A stretch of 64,000 nucleotides of DNA from Myxococcales bacterium (GTDB lineage Bacteria; Myxococcota_A; Polyangia; Polyangiales; DASUME01). Location: positions 416,001 to 480,000 of the forward strand of contig JASGJH010000001.1 of NCBI GenBank assembly GCA_047601445.1. Reading direction: 5' to 3'. Positions 32,956 through 42,555 of the stretch are shown one piece after another. Position numbers and translations under genes: made by a program. Positions within the stretch are counted from its first letter, which is position 1. Each line of letters opens with the position of its first letter. The notes beneath the pieces were generated by a model. It was given only the letters and a program-made list of their open reading frames with translations. It was not told the origin of the DNA and made no database searches.

Positions 32956-33732
32956 TCAGATTTCTCCGACCTCGCTCGCCAGCAGGTAACCCTCGTTGGG
33001 ACCGCTCTGAACACGCACGTAGCTGCCATCTCGGGAGAGGATGCGCGCGGGGGTTCCCTCTGCCAGCTCGGATTTCGCAGCTGCGTTGGCGTCCGGACCT
33101 TCCCGAAGTGTGGCGGCTGGTGCGATGACGATCGCCTTCGCCTCGGAGCGGCCCCAATCGAGGCGCGTACCGAGACCCAGACCGGCCAGCGCGAGCAGCA
33201 ACGAGGCCGCCGCCGCGCCGATGCCGAGCGCGAGTCGCGTCCCTTCCGAGCGCACCCTGAGCAGCGAAAGCCCGCACAGGCTCATGAGCCAGGTGCCCAG
33301 GAGAAGCGTCCACGCGAGCGTGTCCGTGGTCAGCCGTGAAAACAGCGCTTCCGCGAGCGGCGGTCGATCCGCCACGATGGCTTCCCCGGTGAGCTGCGCA
33401 GTGCGCTCGGCGAGCGCGGTACGCGTCTCGGAGAGCGCCTTCTCCACGGCGGCATCCCCCGGCCGCAGGCGCGAGCTGCGCTCGAAGTAGCGGATCGCTT
33501 GGCCGTATTGGCCGAGGCTCCCATAGGCGATCGCGAGATTGAAGCTCACATCGGGGTCCTCCACGCCTGCACCCACGACGCGCTCGTACTCCGAGATGGC
33601 GTCACGGAAGCGTCCTTCGGCGTAGGCGCGGTTGCCGCGTGCAAAGCTGGCAGACAACGAGTCGGCGCGTCCAACGGAGGACAGCGCGGACAGGGCGAAC
33701 ACGGCCAGCACGGCGAGCCAACGCGATTTCAT
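32956..33732 (-). CDS. batE: BatE-like TPR/SH3 protein
   Basis: Signal peptide, FARGNRAY and FNLAIAY TPRs, two TM helices and a C-terminal SH3b-like domain. Last gene of the bat operon. Confidence 0.8.
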   Translation of the reverse strand: MKSRWLAVLAVFALSALSSVGRADSLSASFARGNRAYAEGRFRDAISEYERVVGAGVEDPDVSFNLAIAYGSLGQYGQAIRYFERSSRLRPGDAAVEKALSETRTALAERTAQLTGEAIVADRPPLAEALFSRLTTDTLAWTLLLGTWLMSLCGLSLLRVRSEGTRLALGIGAAAASLLLALAGLGLGTRLDWGRSEAKAIVIAPAATLREGPDANAAAKSELAEGTPARILSRDGSYVRVQSGPNEGYLLASEVGEI

Positions 33733-35648
33733 CGTTCCCCCCGCGGGCTGAAGCGCTGCAGCTCCGGCAACAGGCTGCTGCTCTTGCCGATCCACTGTTC
33801 GAGCTCCGCGCTGCTCTGGGGCGCGGGTGCGAAGCGCGCCTGGTCGAGTTGCTCCAGCGTCTCGATGAGCTTGCCGGCCAGCGCCGCGGCCATGCCGCGC
33901 TGCTCCAGATGGCCGCGCAGTGCCTTGCGCGTGAGGCCGCCGATGGGCTCTGCGAGCTGAGCTTCCAGTGCGCCCTTCAAGGTTTGCGTCAGCGCCGCGA
34001 ACACGGTCTGAGCATCGCCTGCTTTGGCGGCGCTGCGCGCGCGCTCGAGATGTCCACTGGCGGCCTTGAATGCCTGTTCCTTGCTATGCGCGCCTGGCTT
34101 ACGGGCGGTCCAGCGGCGCAGGCCCCACTGACCAGCCAGCGCCGCGCCCAGGGCCACGGGAGCTGCGAGCAGGGTCCACCAGAACCAGGGCTCTGTGTGC
34201 AGCGGACGCTCGGCGCGCAACAGGGCGCTCTGGGGCCGGGCAGGCCCGTAACTCGGGAGGTTCTCGCCGGCAGCTCCGGTGCTCGTGGCTGCGCCGGTCG
34301 CTGCTGCACCCGCATTCGCAGGGTTGGCGCCAGCGGTCGCGCCGGGTACGGCCGCGAGCGCGGTACCCGTCACGTCCAGGGGAAGCTCCGGTGAGCGCAC
34401 CGGTGCGTAGATGCCCGTGCGCGGATCGAGCACGTCCACGCTGAACGGCGCCACGCGATGGGAACCGGGCTCGCGTGGCAGCAAGAGCCAGCGGAACACG
34501 CGCTCTCCGCCCACCTGATCGAGGTCGGTCGTCACCTGATCATCGATCTCGGGTGGCAGCACCTCCACGCCGGCCACCACGGGATCGGGAAGCTTCAGCG
34601 CGCGCAGGTTGCCCTGACCCCTGGCCACCACACGCAGCGTGACGGCGTCGCCCACTTTGGCCCGCGGCGGATCGAGGCTGGCTTCGAGGGTCAGCTGGCC
34701 CACGTGAACCGGGAGCTTGGCGTTGGCGCGAGTGGGGAGCTCCGCGGCCTCGATGGTGACCGGCACGCCGTTGCGTCGCACGGGCTGGCTCGGGCCGGAG
34801 AAGATATCGAACACCGAACTGATGCCGCTGGTTTCCACGGCCGGCGGACCGATCTGCAGCTTGCCCGCGCGCATCGGGAAGGCCGCGTAGCGGCGCAGTA
34901 CATAGGCGCTGAACACGCGCCCGTTGATCTCCTGTCGCGTGGCCGAGAGCGAACGCTGCGGGGGCAACAGATCCTGGGTCCAAAACCCTTCGTTGGTGGG
35001 CTCGCGCGACACGGACGGCGTCTCGTGCAGTCCACCGCGGACGTAGAGGTAGATGGTCACCGTGACCTGCTCCCCCACGTAGGCGCGATGTCGATCGACG
35101 GCCGTGCGCACGAACATCTCCGGATCGAAGCGCGCCCCGTCGAGCGGGTTGCCAGCGTTGCCGGCCTGGAGGTCGGGGCTTGGCTGAGCGCCCGGCGCGA
35201 CGCCGGCGTTGGGGTCACCCGGCGCAGCGCTCGCTGTGACCTCGATGGTCAGCGGACGACTTGCGTACTTGCGTCCACCCACGGTGATCACGGCCGGCTG
35301 GATCACGTAGCGTCCCGGGTTCAACCCGCGCAGCGTGAAGCTGTAGATGAGCTGCGATTGCATGCGGGCCTGCTGCCCGCCGCCGAACCCGAAGCTGAAC
35401 GAGAAGGGCCGCGAGACGCGCCGCCCCAAGACCTCGAAGTGATCGAACTCCGGTAAGTCGATCTCGGTGTCGTCGTCGCTGCTGCCAGAGAGTTCCGCCC
35501 GCACCTCCACCGCGAAGGGCTCGCCAGCCTGCACCCGCGTGGAGCTGGCGCTCATCGACAAGCGCACGCTGTCCGCACGGGCGCCCGCGGCCGAGAACCA
35601 GCACCACAGCGCGAGCGTCAGAGTGAGAGCCAGCGAGCGCACGCTCAC
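33729..35648 (-). CDS. batD: BatD family protein
   Basis: Signal peptide, repeated Ig-like modules (AYVGEQV, VGDAVTL, GQGNL) and a C-terminal TM. Operon context. Confidence 0.88.
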   Translation of the reverse strand: MSVRSLALTLTLALWCWFSAAGARADSVRLSMSASSTRVQAGEPFAVEVRAELSGSSDDDTEIDLPEFDHFEVLGRRVSRPFSFSFGFGGGQQARMQSQLIYSFTLRGLNPGRYVIQPAVITVGGRKYASRPLTIEVTASAAPGDPNAGVAPGAQPSPDLQAGNAGNPLDGARFDPEMFVRTAVDRHRAYVGEQVTVTIYLYVRGGLHETPSVSREPTNEGFWTQDLLPPQRSLSATRQEINGRVFSAYVLRRYAAFPMRAGKLQIGPPAVETSGISSVFDIFSGPSQPVRRNGVPVTIEAAELPTRANAKLPVHVGQLTLEASLDPPRAKVGDAVTLRVVARGQGNLRALKLPDPVVAGVEVLPPEIDDQVTTDLDQVGGERVFRWLLLPREPGSHRVAPFSVDVLDPRTGIYAPVRSPELPLDVTGTALAAVPGATAGANPANAGAAATGAATSTGAAGENLPSYGPARPQSALLRAERPLHTEPWFWWTLLAAPVALGAALAGQWGLRRWTARKPGAHSKEQAFKAASGHLERARSAAKAGDAQTVFAALTQTLKGALEAQLAEPIGGLTRKALRGHLEQRGMAAALAGKLIETLEQLDQARFAPAPQSSAELEQWIGKSSSLLPELQRFSPRGER

Positions 35649-36601
35649 CAGTCCTTCTCGATGCGCTGGGGTCGCTGCCGCGCGCGGGCGCGAGCCCGCT
35701 GCTTCTGGAGGTTGTCGTCGCTCTCCGAGAGGGCGTCGAGCGCGCGCTGCATGTGCTCGGGTAGCGCCTTCTGACCGGGACGCTCCTGCGGTTCCTGGGG
35801 CTGAGGCTGCTGCTCGGGGGCTTGTTGCTGCTCGGGCGCCTTCGCTTGGTCCTGACCCGCCTTGTCCTTGGACTCAGGCTTCTGTTGGTCGCCGCCCTTG
35901 GGCTCCTGGTCCTTCGGTTCGGGTTGCGCCTTGTTCTGGTCGTTCTGGTCGTTCGGCTTCTGCTGATCCTGGTTCTGCTGATCCTGATTCTGCTGATCCT
36001 GGTTCTGCTGATCCTGGTTCTGCTGATCCTGGTTCTGCTGCTGGTCCTTTTGCTCCTGGTCCTTCTTCTCTTGCTCCTGCTGCTGCTTCTTCTGTTCCAG
36101 GTCGACCAGTCGTCGCTTGGCGAGCTCCAGGTTCCAGGCCGCGTCGTGGTTCTTGGGCACGTTGCGCAGGGAGCTTTTGAAGGCGTCCACGGATTCCGTG
36201 AGAGCCTTCTGGGCCTCCTCGAGCTTTTCTTCCTTGGCCAGCGTGTCGGCCTCGCGCAGGAACGTGAGACCCAGGTTGTAGTTGGCCTTGCCGCGCAGCT
36301 CCGGGCTGGCCTGTCCCTGGCTGGCCGCGCGGAACGCATCGCGCGCCTCGGGCAGCTTGCCCGCGCCGAGCAAGCCGAGGCCCTTGTTGAGCATCAGGCC
36401 GGGATCGTTCGGCAGTGCGCGCTGGGCCGCCTCGTAGGCCTGGGTAGCCTCGTCGGCCTTCCCCTTCTCGAGTAGTTCGTTACCGCGCCGAGCGTCCTGG
36501 TTCTCCGAGCGAAACCATTCCCAGGCCTGGGCACGATTCGGCACCAGGCTGCCCAGGGCGAACAGCGCGAAACACGCGAGGCTGACCAGCGCGCGAATCA
36601 T
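35645..36601 (-). CDS. batC: BatC-like TPR protein with Gln-rich tail
   Basis: Signal peptide, ANYNLG, DAAWNLELA, Q-rich linker and C-terminal EKDW. Confidence 0.85.
   Translation of the reverse strand: MIRALVSLACFALFALGSLVPNRAQAWEWFRSENQDARRGNELLEKGKADEATQAYEAAQRALPNDPGLMLNKGLGLLGAGKLPEARDAFRAASQGQASPELRGKANYNLGLTFLREADTLAKEEKLEEAQKALTESVDAFKSSLRNVPKNHDAAWNLELAKRRLVDLEQKKQQQEQEKKDQEQKDQQQNQDQQNQDQQNQDQQNQDQQNQDQQKPNDQNDQNKAQPEPKDQEPKGGDQQKPESKDKAGQDQAKAPEQQQAPEQQPQPQEPQERPGQKALPEHMQRALDALSESDDNLQKQRARARARQRPQRIEKDW
35960..36040 (-). repeat. 15-bp tandem repeat (~5 copies) encoding QQNQD in batC
   Basis: (ctgctgatcctggtt)n on the plus strand, with one copy carrying a g>a change. Confidence 0.9.
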
Positions 36602-37662
36602 GCGACACCTCGTGACTTTCGACGTAGCCACGCCTCGGGCAAGAGCGCCTCCAACAGCAACAACAGGAACGCGGGTACCAGGGCTAGCGCATAGCGATCT
36701 TCCGCGATGCTCACGCGCCGGGCCTTGTGCTCGGCCTGCTTCATGCCGCGCATCAGCGTGCGGATCTCGTCGATGCCCACGGTGCCCTCCCGGGCTCGAA
36801 AATACTTGCCCTGGCCGACTTGCGCGATCTGTCGCAGCTGGGCCTCGTTTTGATCGCTGAGCGCGCTGAGGATGGGGTTGCCCTTGTCGTCGCGCAGGTA
36901 GCCGGTCCAGGTTCCGTCCGGGGCATAGGTGGGGATGGGTTCGCCGGTCTTCGATCCGATTCCCACCACGAACACCTTCACGCCCTGCTCGTGCAGCGCT
37001 TGCGCGGCCGCCACGGGGTCGCCTTCGTGGTCCTCGCCATCGGTCAAGAGGATCACCGCTTGGTCGGGTCGCTCGGCTCTCTCTTCGAGGTTCTTGGGCT
37101 CGGCGCCGCGGGCCCGCTCGAGCAGGCGCTTGCTGGCCGTGAGCGCGCGTCCGATGGCGGTGCCGCCCACCGGCATGTCGTAGGGGCCCAGGTCGCGCAA
37201 GAAGGTGTCGATGGCCGCGTAGTCCGTGGTCATCGGGAACTCCATCGTGTCGCCAGCGAAGGCCACCACGCCCACGCGGTCGCCGGTGAGCTCCGCGAAG
37301 AAGCGCGTCAGCTCGGCCTTGGCGCGCTCGATGCGGCTCGGTCGCACGTCCTTGGCCAACATGCTCTTGGAGAAGTCCAGCGCCACGATCACGTCGATAC
37401 CGCGCTTCTTGAGCACACGGGTCTGGCTGCCGTACTGCGGGCCCGCCCAGGCCAGCACCAGGAACAGGCTCCCCAGCGTGAGCAGCACGCCGCGCAACGC
37501 GCGCAGGCGAGGGGAGCGGCCCACGGTGAGGTTGAGCACCAGGTTCGGATCGCCAAAGGCGCGCACCGCGCGCGTGCGGGCGCGATAGCCGTAGGCCAGC
37601 AGCAGTCCGACCAGCGGCACCGAGAGCAGAAACCACAGCACCCAGGGCAGGCGGAAGCTCAT
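36598..37662 (-). CDS. batB: BatB-like VWA domain membrane protein
   Basis: N-terminal BatA-type TM region, DFSKSM MIDAS, PSRIERAK, GDRVGVVAFAG and LLTDGEDH. Confidence 0.88.
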   Translation of the reverse strand: MSFRLPWVLWFLLSVPLVGLLLAYGYRARTRAVRAFGDPNLVLNLTVGRSPRLRALRGVLLTLGSLFLVLAWAGPQYGSQTRVLKKRGIDVIVALDFSKSMLAKDVRPSRIERAKAELTRFFAELTGDRVGVVAFAGDTMEFPMTTDYAAIDTFLRDLGPYDMPVGGTAIGRALTASKRLLERARGAEPKNLEERAERPDQAVILLTDGEDHEGDPVAAAQALHEQGVKVFVVGIGSKTGEPIPTYAPDGTWTGYLRDDKGNPILSALSDQNEAQLRQIAQVGQGKYFRAREGTVGIDEIRTLMRGMKQAEHKARRVSIAEDRYALALVPAFLLLLLEALLPEAWLRRKSRGVA

Positions 37663-38774
37663 GGGAACCTCCGGAACACGGTGGTCGAGAGCAGCACCTC
37701 GAGCAAGAGCAGCAGCACGGCGGGCCCCAAGAAGGCAGGGAACAGTTCGCCGAACACCGCGCCCGCGTCCTCCACCTCGGTCTTTTCGAGGCGATCCAGG
37801 ATGGCGTGGAAGCTGCGCTCGAGCCCTTTGCGGTCGCTGGCCAGGAACGACTCGCCGCCAGTGGCGGTGGACATGCGCTTGAGCAGCTCGGGATTGACCG
37901 GGAAACTGCCGGTGCTGAGCATCGGGCGCCCGAACAGGTCCACGCCGCGCTGCACGGGTGCGTCGTCCGAGACGCCCATCAGTACCGTGTAGAGCTTCAC
38001 CCCCAGGTGCTTCGCGAAATCGGCCGCTTCATCGGGAGAGATGTTGCCTGCGTTGGAGTCGCCGTCCGTGAGCACGATCATGACCTTGCTCTTGGCGTGG
38101 GAGTTCTTGAGCCGGTTGAGCGACACACCGACCGCGTTGCCGATGGCGGTGCCGCGCCCCTCGATCATCCCGAGCTCGAGATCGTCGATGGACGCGCGCA
38201 GCATCTCCTTGTCGGTGGTGAGGGGCATCAAGGTGTAGGCATCGCGCCCGAAGACCACGGCGCCGATGCGATTGTTGGGACGGCGCGAGATGAACTCGTC
38301 GACCACGGCCTGCGTCGCCACGAAGCGGTTCGGCGTGATGTCCGAGGCCTGCATGGAGAGCGAGAGGTCGAGCGTGAGCATGATGTCGATGCCGTCGAAC
38401 TCGCTGCGGTTCTTGGCGTGGATGCTCTGGGGCGCCATCAGGCCGAGCGTGCACAGCAGCAGCGTGCTCACGCGCAGGCCCAGGAGCAGTGGTCGCAAGC
38501 GTGCCTTGAGTCCCACGGGCATGGCCTGAAGATCGAAGCCCCGCGACATGAGGATGCGCGGGGAGCGCTTCTTGTCCCAGTAGCCACGCGTGACGATCAC
38601 GCCCAGCACCAACAGTCCGAGCAGCCCTGCCCACGGGCGCGCGAAGCGAATGGCGTTGGACGAGAGCGGCACACCGTAGAAGTCCGTCAGCGTGAACGCC
38701 ACCACGGTGAGGGCGGGCATGAGCACCACCAGCACGAACCCGAAGGGCGCCAGCGCGGCGAGGATCCGCCTCAT
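37659..38774 (-). CDS. batA: BatA-like VWA domain membrane protein
   Basis: GIDIMLTLDLSLSM, GTAIGNA, SKVMIVLTDGDSNAG and ILDRLEKT. Confidence 0.9.
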   Translation of the reverse strand: MRRILAALAPFGFVLVVLMPALTVVAFTLTDFYGVPLSSNAIRFARPWAGLLGLLVLGVIVTRGYWDKKRSPRILMSRGFDLQAMPVGLKARLRPLLLGLRVSTLLLCTLGLMAPQSIHAKNRSEFDGIDIMLTLDLSLSMQASDITPNRFVATQAVVDEFISRRPNNRIGAVVFGRDAYTLMPLTTDKEMLRASIDDLELGMIEGRGTAIGNAVGVSLNRLKNSHAKSKVMIVLTDGDSNAGNISPDEAADFAKHLGVKLYTVLMGVSDDAPVQRGVDLFGRPMLSTGSFPVNPELLKRMSTATGGESFLASDRKGLERSFHAILDRLEKTEVEDAGAVFGELFPAFLGPAVLLLLLEVLLSTTVFRRFP

Positions 38775-39796
38775 GACTTCGCTCCGGCGGGCTTCTCGGG
38801 CTCAGGCAGCGGTGTGGTCGCGCGGATCAGCCCCACGGCGCCGTTCCAGAGGTCGTCGCACTGCTCGAGGTCGGGCGTGGCGCGCGCGAACTTCACCAGG
38901 TCGCACTGCTCGAGCAAAAGCGAAACACCCGACAGTGAGAGCTTATGGGGACGGATGCGCTCGAGGGTGCTCAGGATCTCGTCGGTGGTGCTCTCGAGGC
39001 CCTCGAAGCCGAAACGTCGACCCAGGTACTCGCGCAGCGCGTCGCTCACGCCGTCCACGAACTCCCCGCCGCGGTCCTCTGCCAAGAGCGTGGCCTTGCG
39101 CGCGTCGAGCTCGGCCAACTTGCTCAAAGCAACGTCCCAGGCGGGCCGCTCGGGTGGGGGAGGGGGCAAGGACTTGGGGCGGCGCGCGAGCCAACGCTGG
39201 ACCAGGAGCGTGAGCGCGGCGATGGCAGCGATGCCGACGATGCCGAGCGCGACGTAGGCGAGCGTGTAGTCGTCCTCGATGACCTGGACCGGCTTGGTGG
39301 GCGGCTTGGGCTCTGCGTTGGGCTCGTTGGCGATCAACGAGCGCACCGAAACCGACTGTGGGGCCGTCTTGACCTCCGCCAGGCTGCCGTCGTCGCCCAC
39401 CACGCGCAGCGTGAGCCCAGGGATGGAGAGCTCGCCGGGCTCGAGTGCGATCAGATCGAGCTCGAACACGTAGCGCTGCTCGTCGCCCGCCGGCTCCACG
39501 TGGCTCTTGCGCGTCAGCGATTCGAAGGGCGCGAGGGGCTGCTCGGGCACCGAGATCTGCACGCCCTTCTTCACGAGCGCTTCGATTTTGAGCGTGATCG
39601 GATCGCCCACGGCAACGCCGCGGTTGGGCGTGACGGACACCAGGGTACGCGGCTTCAGGTGCGCTGGAACCTCGGCAGGCGCAGGCGCAGCAGCAGGGCT
39701 CGGCTCGGGGCGACCCGCGTCGACGCCCTCGGCCGCCACGGAGAGCGGCAGCATCGCAGCGAGCCACAGCGAAGCGCCCAGGACCGCGCGTCTCAT
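38771..39796 (-). CDS. Bat-operon membrane protein (Ig-like domain plus TM)
   Basis: Signal peptide, Ig-like domain, TM helix and LREYLGRRFG..ESTTDE..DLVKFA motif. Lies between the DUF58 gene and batA. Confidence 0.8.
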   Translation of the reverse strand: MRRAVLGASLWLAAMLPLSVAAEGVDAGRPEPSPAAAPAPAEVPAHLKPRTLVSVTPNRGVAVGDPITLKIEALVKKGVQISVPEQPLAPFESLTRKSHVEPAGDEQRYVFELDLIALEPGELSIPGLTLRVVGDDGSLAEVKTAPQSVSVRSLIANEPNAEPKPPTKPVQVIEDDYTLAYVALGIVGIAAIAALTLLVQRWLARRPKSLPPPPPERPAWDVALSKLAELDARKATLLAEDRGGEFVDGVSDALREYLGRRFGFEGLESTTDEILSTLERIRPHKLSLSGVSLLLEQCDLVKFARATPDLEQCDDLWNGAVGLIRATTPLPEPEKPAGAKS

Positions 39797-40680
39797 CCGT
39801 AGCCCCGCTGGCGCTTCTGGCGCAGTCGAAACAGGTTTGCGATCGGCTCCACGTAGGGCCGATCCGTGCGGATGGTGACCGCGTCGAGCTTCAGCTTCTT
39901 GAACATCTGCTCGCGCCGGGCGCGTTCCTTGGCGATGCGCAGGCGAAAGGCTTCGCGCACCGCGCTCGAGCCGGTGTCCACTTCGATGAGCTCACCCGTC
40001 TCCAGGTCTTCGAACAGGGCCAGTCCCACGTCAGGCAGCTCCTCTTCACGTGGGTCGACGATCTGAATCGGAATCACGTCGTGGCGACGTCCGGCAATGC
40101 GCAACGCGTGCTCGTAATCGTGGGCCAAGAAATCGCTCACCACGAAGGCCACCGAGCGGCGCTTGGACACATTGCCGAGCAGTCGCAGCGCTTGCTCCAG
40201 ATCCGTACCCTGGCGCTCCGGGCGGGCCTCCAGAATCTCGGTCACTACGTGCAGCACGTGACCCTTGCCCTTCTTGGGCGGGATCATCTTCTCCACGCGA
40301 TCGGTGAACAGAATCAGGCCCACGCGGTCGTTGTTCTTGATGGCGCTGAAGGCCAGCAGCGCCGCAACCTCGGCGGTGGTCTCCACCTTCGGCCTCGCCA
40401 CCGAGCCGAAGCGCTGGCTAGCGGACAGATCCACCAGCAGCATCACGGTCATCTCGCGCTCTTCGGTGAAGAGCTTGACGAAGGTCTCGTTGAAGCGCGC
40501 GCTGACGTTCCAGTCGATGAAGCGCACGTCGTCGCCGGGCTGATATTGCCGCACTTCGCTGAACGTCATGCCCCGGCCCTTGAAGACCGAGTGGTAGCTG
40601 CCCGCGAGCTGGTCGTTGGCGAGACGCGCGGTGCGAATCTCGATTTTGCGCAGCTTCTTGAGCGTCTCTCGCGAGATCAC
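39793..40680 (-). CDS. DUF58 family protein
   Basis: SVFKGRGMTFSEVRQYQPGDDVRFIDWNVSAR, EERE and SDF motifs. Confidence 0.95.
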   Translation of the reverse strand: MISRETLKKLRKIEIRTARLANDQLAGSYHSVFKGRGMTFSEVRQYQPGDDVRFIDWNVSARFNETFVKLFTEEREMTVMLLVDLSASQRFGSVARPKVETTAEVAALLAFSAIKNNDRVGLILFTDRVEKMIPPKKGKGHVLHVVTEILEARPERQGTDLEQALRLLGNVSKRRSVAFVVSDFLAHDYEHALRIAGRRHDVIPIQIVDPREEELPDVGLALFEDLETGELIEVDTGSSAVREAFRLRIAKERARREQMFKKLKLDAVTIRTDRPYVEPIANLFRLRQKRQRGYG

Positions 40681-40690
40681 GCTCTACCTC

Positions 40691-41710
40691 TCAAGGCACT
40701 TCGACGACTTCGAAGATGCGTCGCACGATTTGGTCGGTGGAGATGTCTTCGGCTTCCGCCTCGTAGGTGCGGATCATGCGGTGACGCAGCACGTCCGGGC
40801 CGACCGCTTTCACGTCCTCGGGCGTGACATAGCCGCGGTGCCGCAAGAACGCGTGGGCGCGCGCCGCCACGTTGAGCGCGATGGACGCACGCGGCGAGGC
40901 GCCGTGGGCCACCATGTCTTTCATGTCGTGCAGGTTGACCTTGGAGGGATCGCGCGTCGCGAGCACCACGCTCAAGATGTAGTCCTTGATGCGCTCGTCC
41001 ACGTAGACCTGGCCGATGATGCTGCGCGCCTCGAGCAGCTTCTGTGGATCGACCTGAGGGGTGATCGGGGTGCCTTCCTTGGCTGGCGCGTTCGGCCCGC
41101 CCAACACGGCGTCGCTCATGCGCTCCATGATGCGTCGCTCCTCGTCGCGCGTCGGGTACTCCACCTGGACGTGCAGCATGAAGCGGTCGAGCTGCGCCTC
41201 CGGTAGCGGATAGGTGCCCTCCTGCTCGAGCGGGTTCTGGGTGGCCATCACCATGAAGGGGCGTGGCAGCGCGTAGGTCGTGTCGCCGATGGTGACCTGC
41301 AGCTCCTGCATTGCCTCGAGCAGGGCGCTCTGGACCTTGGCGGGTGCACGGTTGATTTCGTCAGCCAGCACGAGGTTCGCGAAGATGGGGCCCGGCTTGG
41401 CGTAGAACTCACCTTTTTGCTGGTTGTAGATGACCGTGCCGACCACGTCGGCGGGCAGCAGGTCCGGGGTGAACTGCACGCGCGAGAACTGGGCGGACAC
41501 GGCTTCGCACACGCTCTTCACGGTCAGCGTCTTGGCCAGGCCAGGCACGCCTTCGAGCAGCACGTGACCGCCCGTGAGCAGGCCGATCAAAATGCGCTCG
41601 ACCATGTCCTTCTGGCCGACGATCACCTTGCCGATCTCGTGGAAGATTCCGTCCACGAAGGCACTTTCCTTTTGCACCAGCTCGTTGATCGCCCGGACGT
41701 CGTTGTACAT
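40691..41710 (-). CDS. moxR: MoxR-family AAA+ ATPase
   Basis: LLEGVPGLAKT, RVQFTPDLLPAD, LADEINRAPAKVQSALLEAMQE and ATQNPLEQEGTYPLPEAQLDRF. Confidence 0.96.
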   Translation of the reverse strand: MYNDVRAINELVQKESAFVDGIFHEIGKVIVGQKDMVERILIGLLTGGHVLLEGVPGLAKTLTVKSVCEAVSAQFSRVQFTPDLLPADVVGTVIYNQQKGEFYAKPGPIFANLVLADEINRAPAKVQSALLEAMQELQVTIGDTTYALPRPFMVMATQNPLEQEGTYPLPEAQLDRFMLHVQVEYPTRDEERRIMERMSDAVLGGPNAPAKEGTPITPQVDPQKLLEARSIIGQVYVDERIKDYILSVVLATRDPSKVNLHDMKDMVAHGASPRASIALNVAARAHAFLRHRGYVTPEDVKAVGPDVLRHRMIRTYEAEAEDISTDQIVRRIFEVVEVP

Positions 41711-42555
41711 GCGGCTTCCCGTCGTGATCGGGCATCTGGGGCAACCCCGAACCCGAAAAACCTGAGCGCGATCTAGGCGCTCCGAGGCGCCCCTGCAACA
41801 GCTCAGGCCGGGAGTTATTCGCGGGTGAGGGCGGGAGGCACAGCGCTCGCCGCGCGAAATCGCGGGCGCGCGCCGCGCGGCTCCGCTCGGGGTGTCGCCC
41901 CCGGCGCGACCCGCGGACGGCGAGCAGGGCTTCAGCGACGATCGCCACTCCGCGCGTGAAGTCCACGGCTGCAGTTGGCCGCCGCTTGGGACAAGGCAGT
42001 CGCTGCCGCTATTCGGCTTCATGGATCGCGACGGGCCTGGCGAGCATGGCCAGCCACGAGCCACCCCCGCCTTGGCTGCAACGGCAGGGGTGACCCTCGG
42101 CCTATTTCAATACCAAGTGTGGGAGCTCGCGGCGCTGGCGTGGGCGATGTAGCGAACGATGCCCCGATGCCGCCGTCCCGGGGGCAACATTGTTCCGCGC
42201 TCGAAGGAGCCGCGTCGAGCGCACCCCGGCTGTGCCGCACCTTCACCGCGATCCAACCTCCCTCATTCCGGTCAGCCACGTGGCGCGGTACGCGGCGCCA
42301 GAGCCACCTCGACCTACTGTGCGGCAGGATCGAAGTGGCTACCCAGCCCCAAAGCCATCGGAGTACCGACGTCGAAGGGTACGGCGGCGACCAAGAAGAT
42401 CTGACCCTGGTGGGCGATGCAGCCTAGTCAGCCGAAGTCTGCAAGCCAGTTGGCGGCGCGGCTCACAGTGCGCGTGCTTAGATCGGCGCGGGATGCTGCA
42501 ATACGCATTTTTCCTTTGCCAATGGTGGTGCAAACCGGGCGAAACTTGAGGAGTC

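Noticed and set aside
35960..36040. Tandem repeat as a possible CRISPR array
   Set aside because: It has no spacers, is an in-frame coding repeat, and there are no cas genes.
35645..37636. 663-aa ORF suggesting a longer batC or a batB-batC fusion
   Set aside because: The first ~345 aa are an off-frame read of batB. The true start is ATG 36601, with a signal peptide and a 4-nt overlap.
40691..42064. Extended N-termini in the ORF track (moxR; also atpE, pyrB, thiD, the MglA-like GTPase and the M23 peptidase)
   Set aside because: The extensions lack homology-like content or overlap neighbouring genes. Downstream starts match family N-termini or an RBS.
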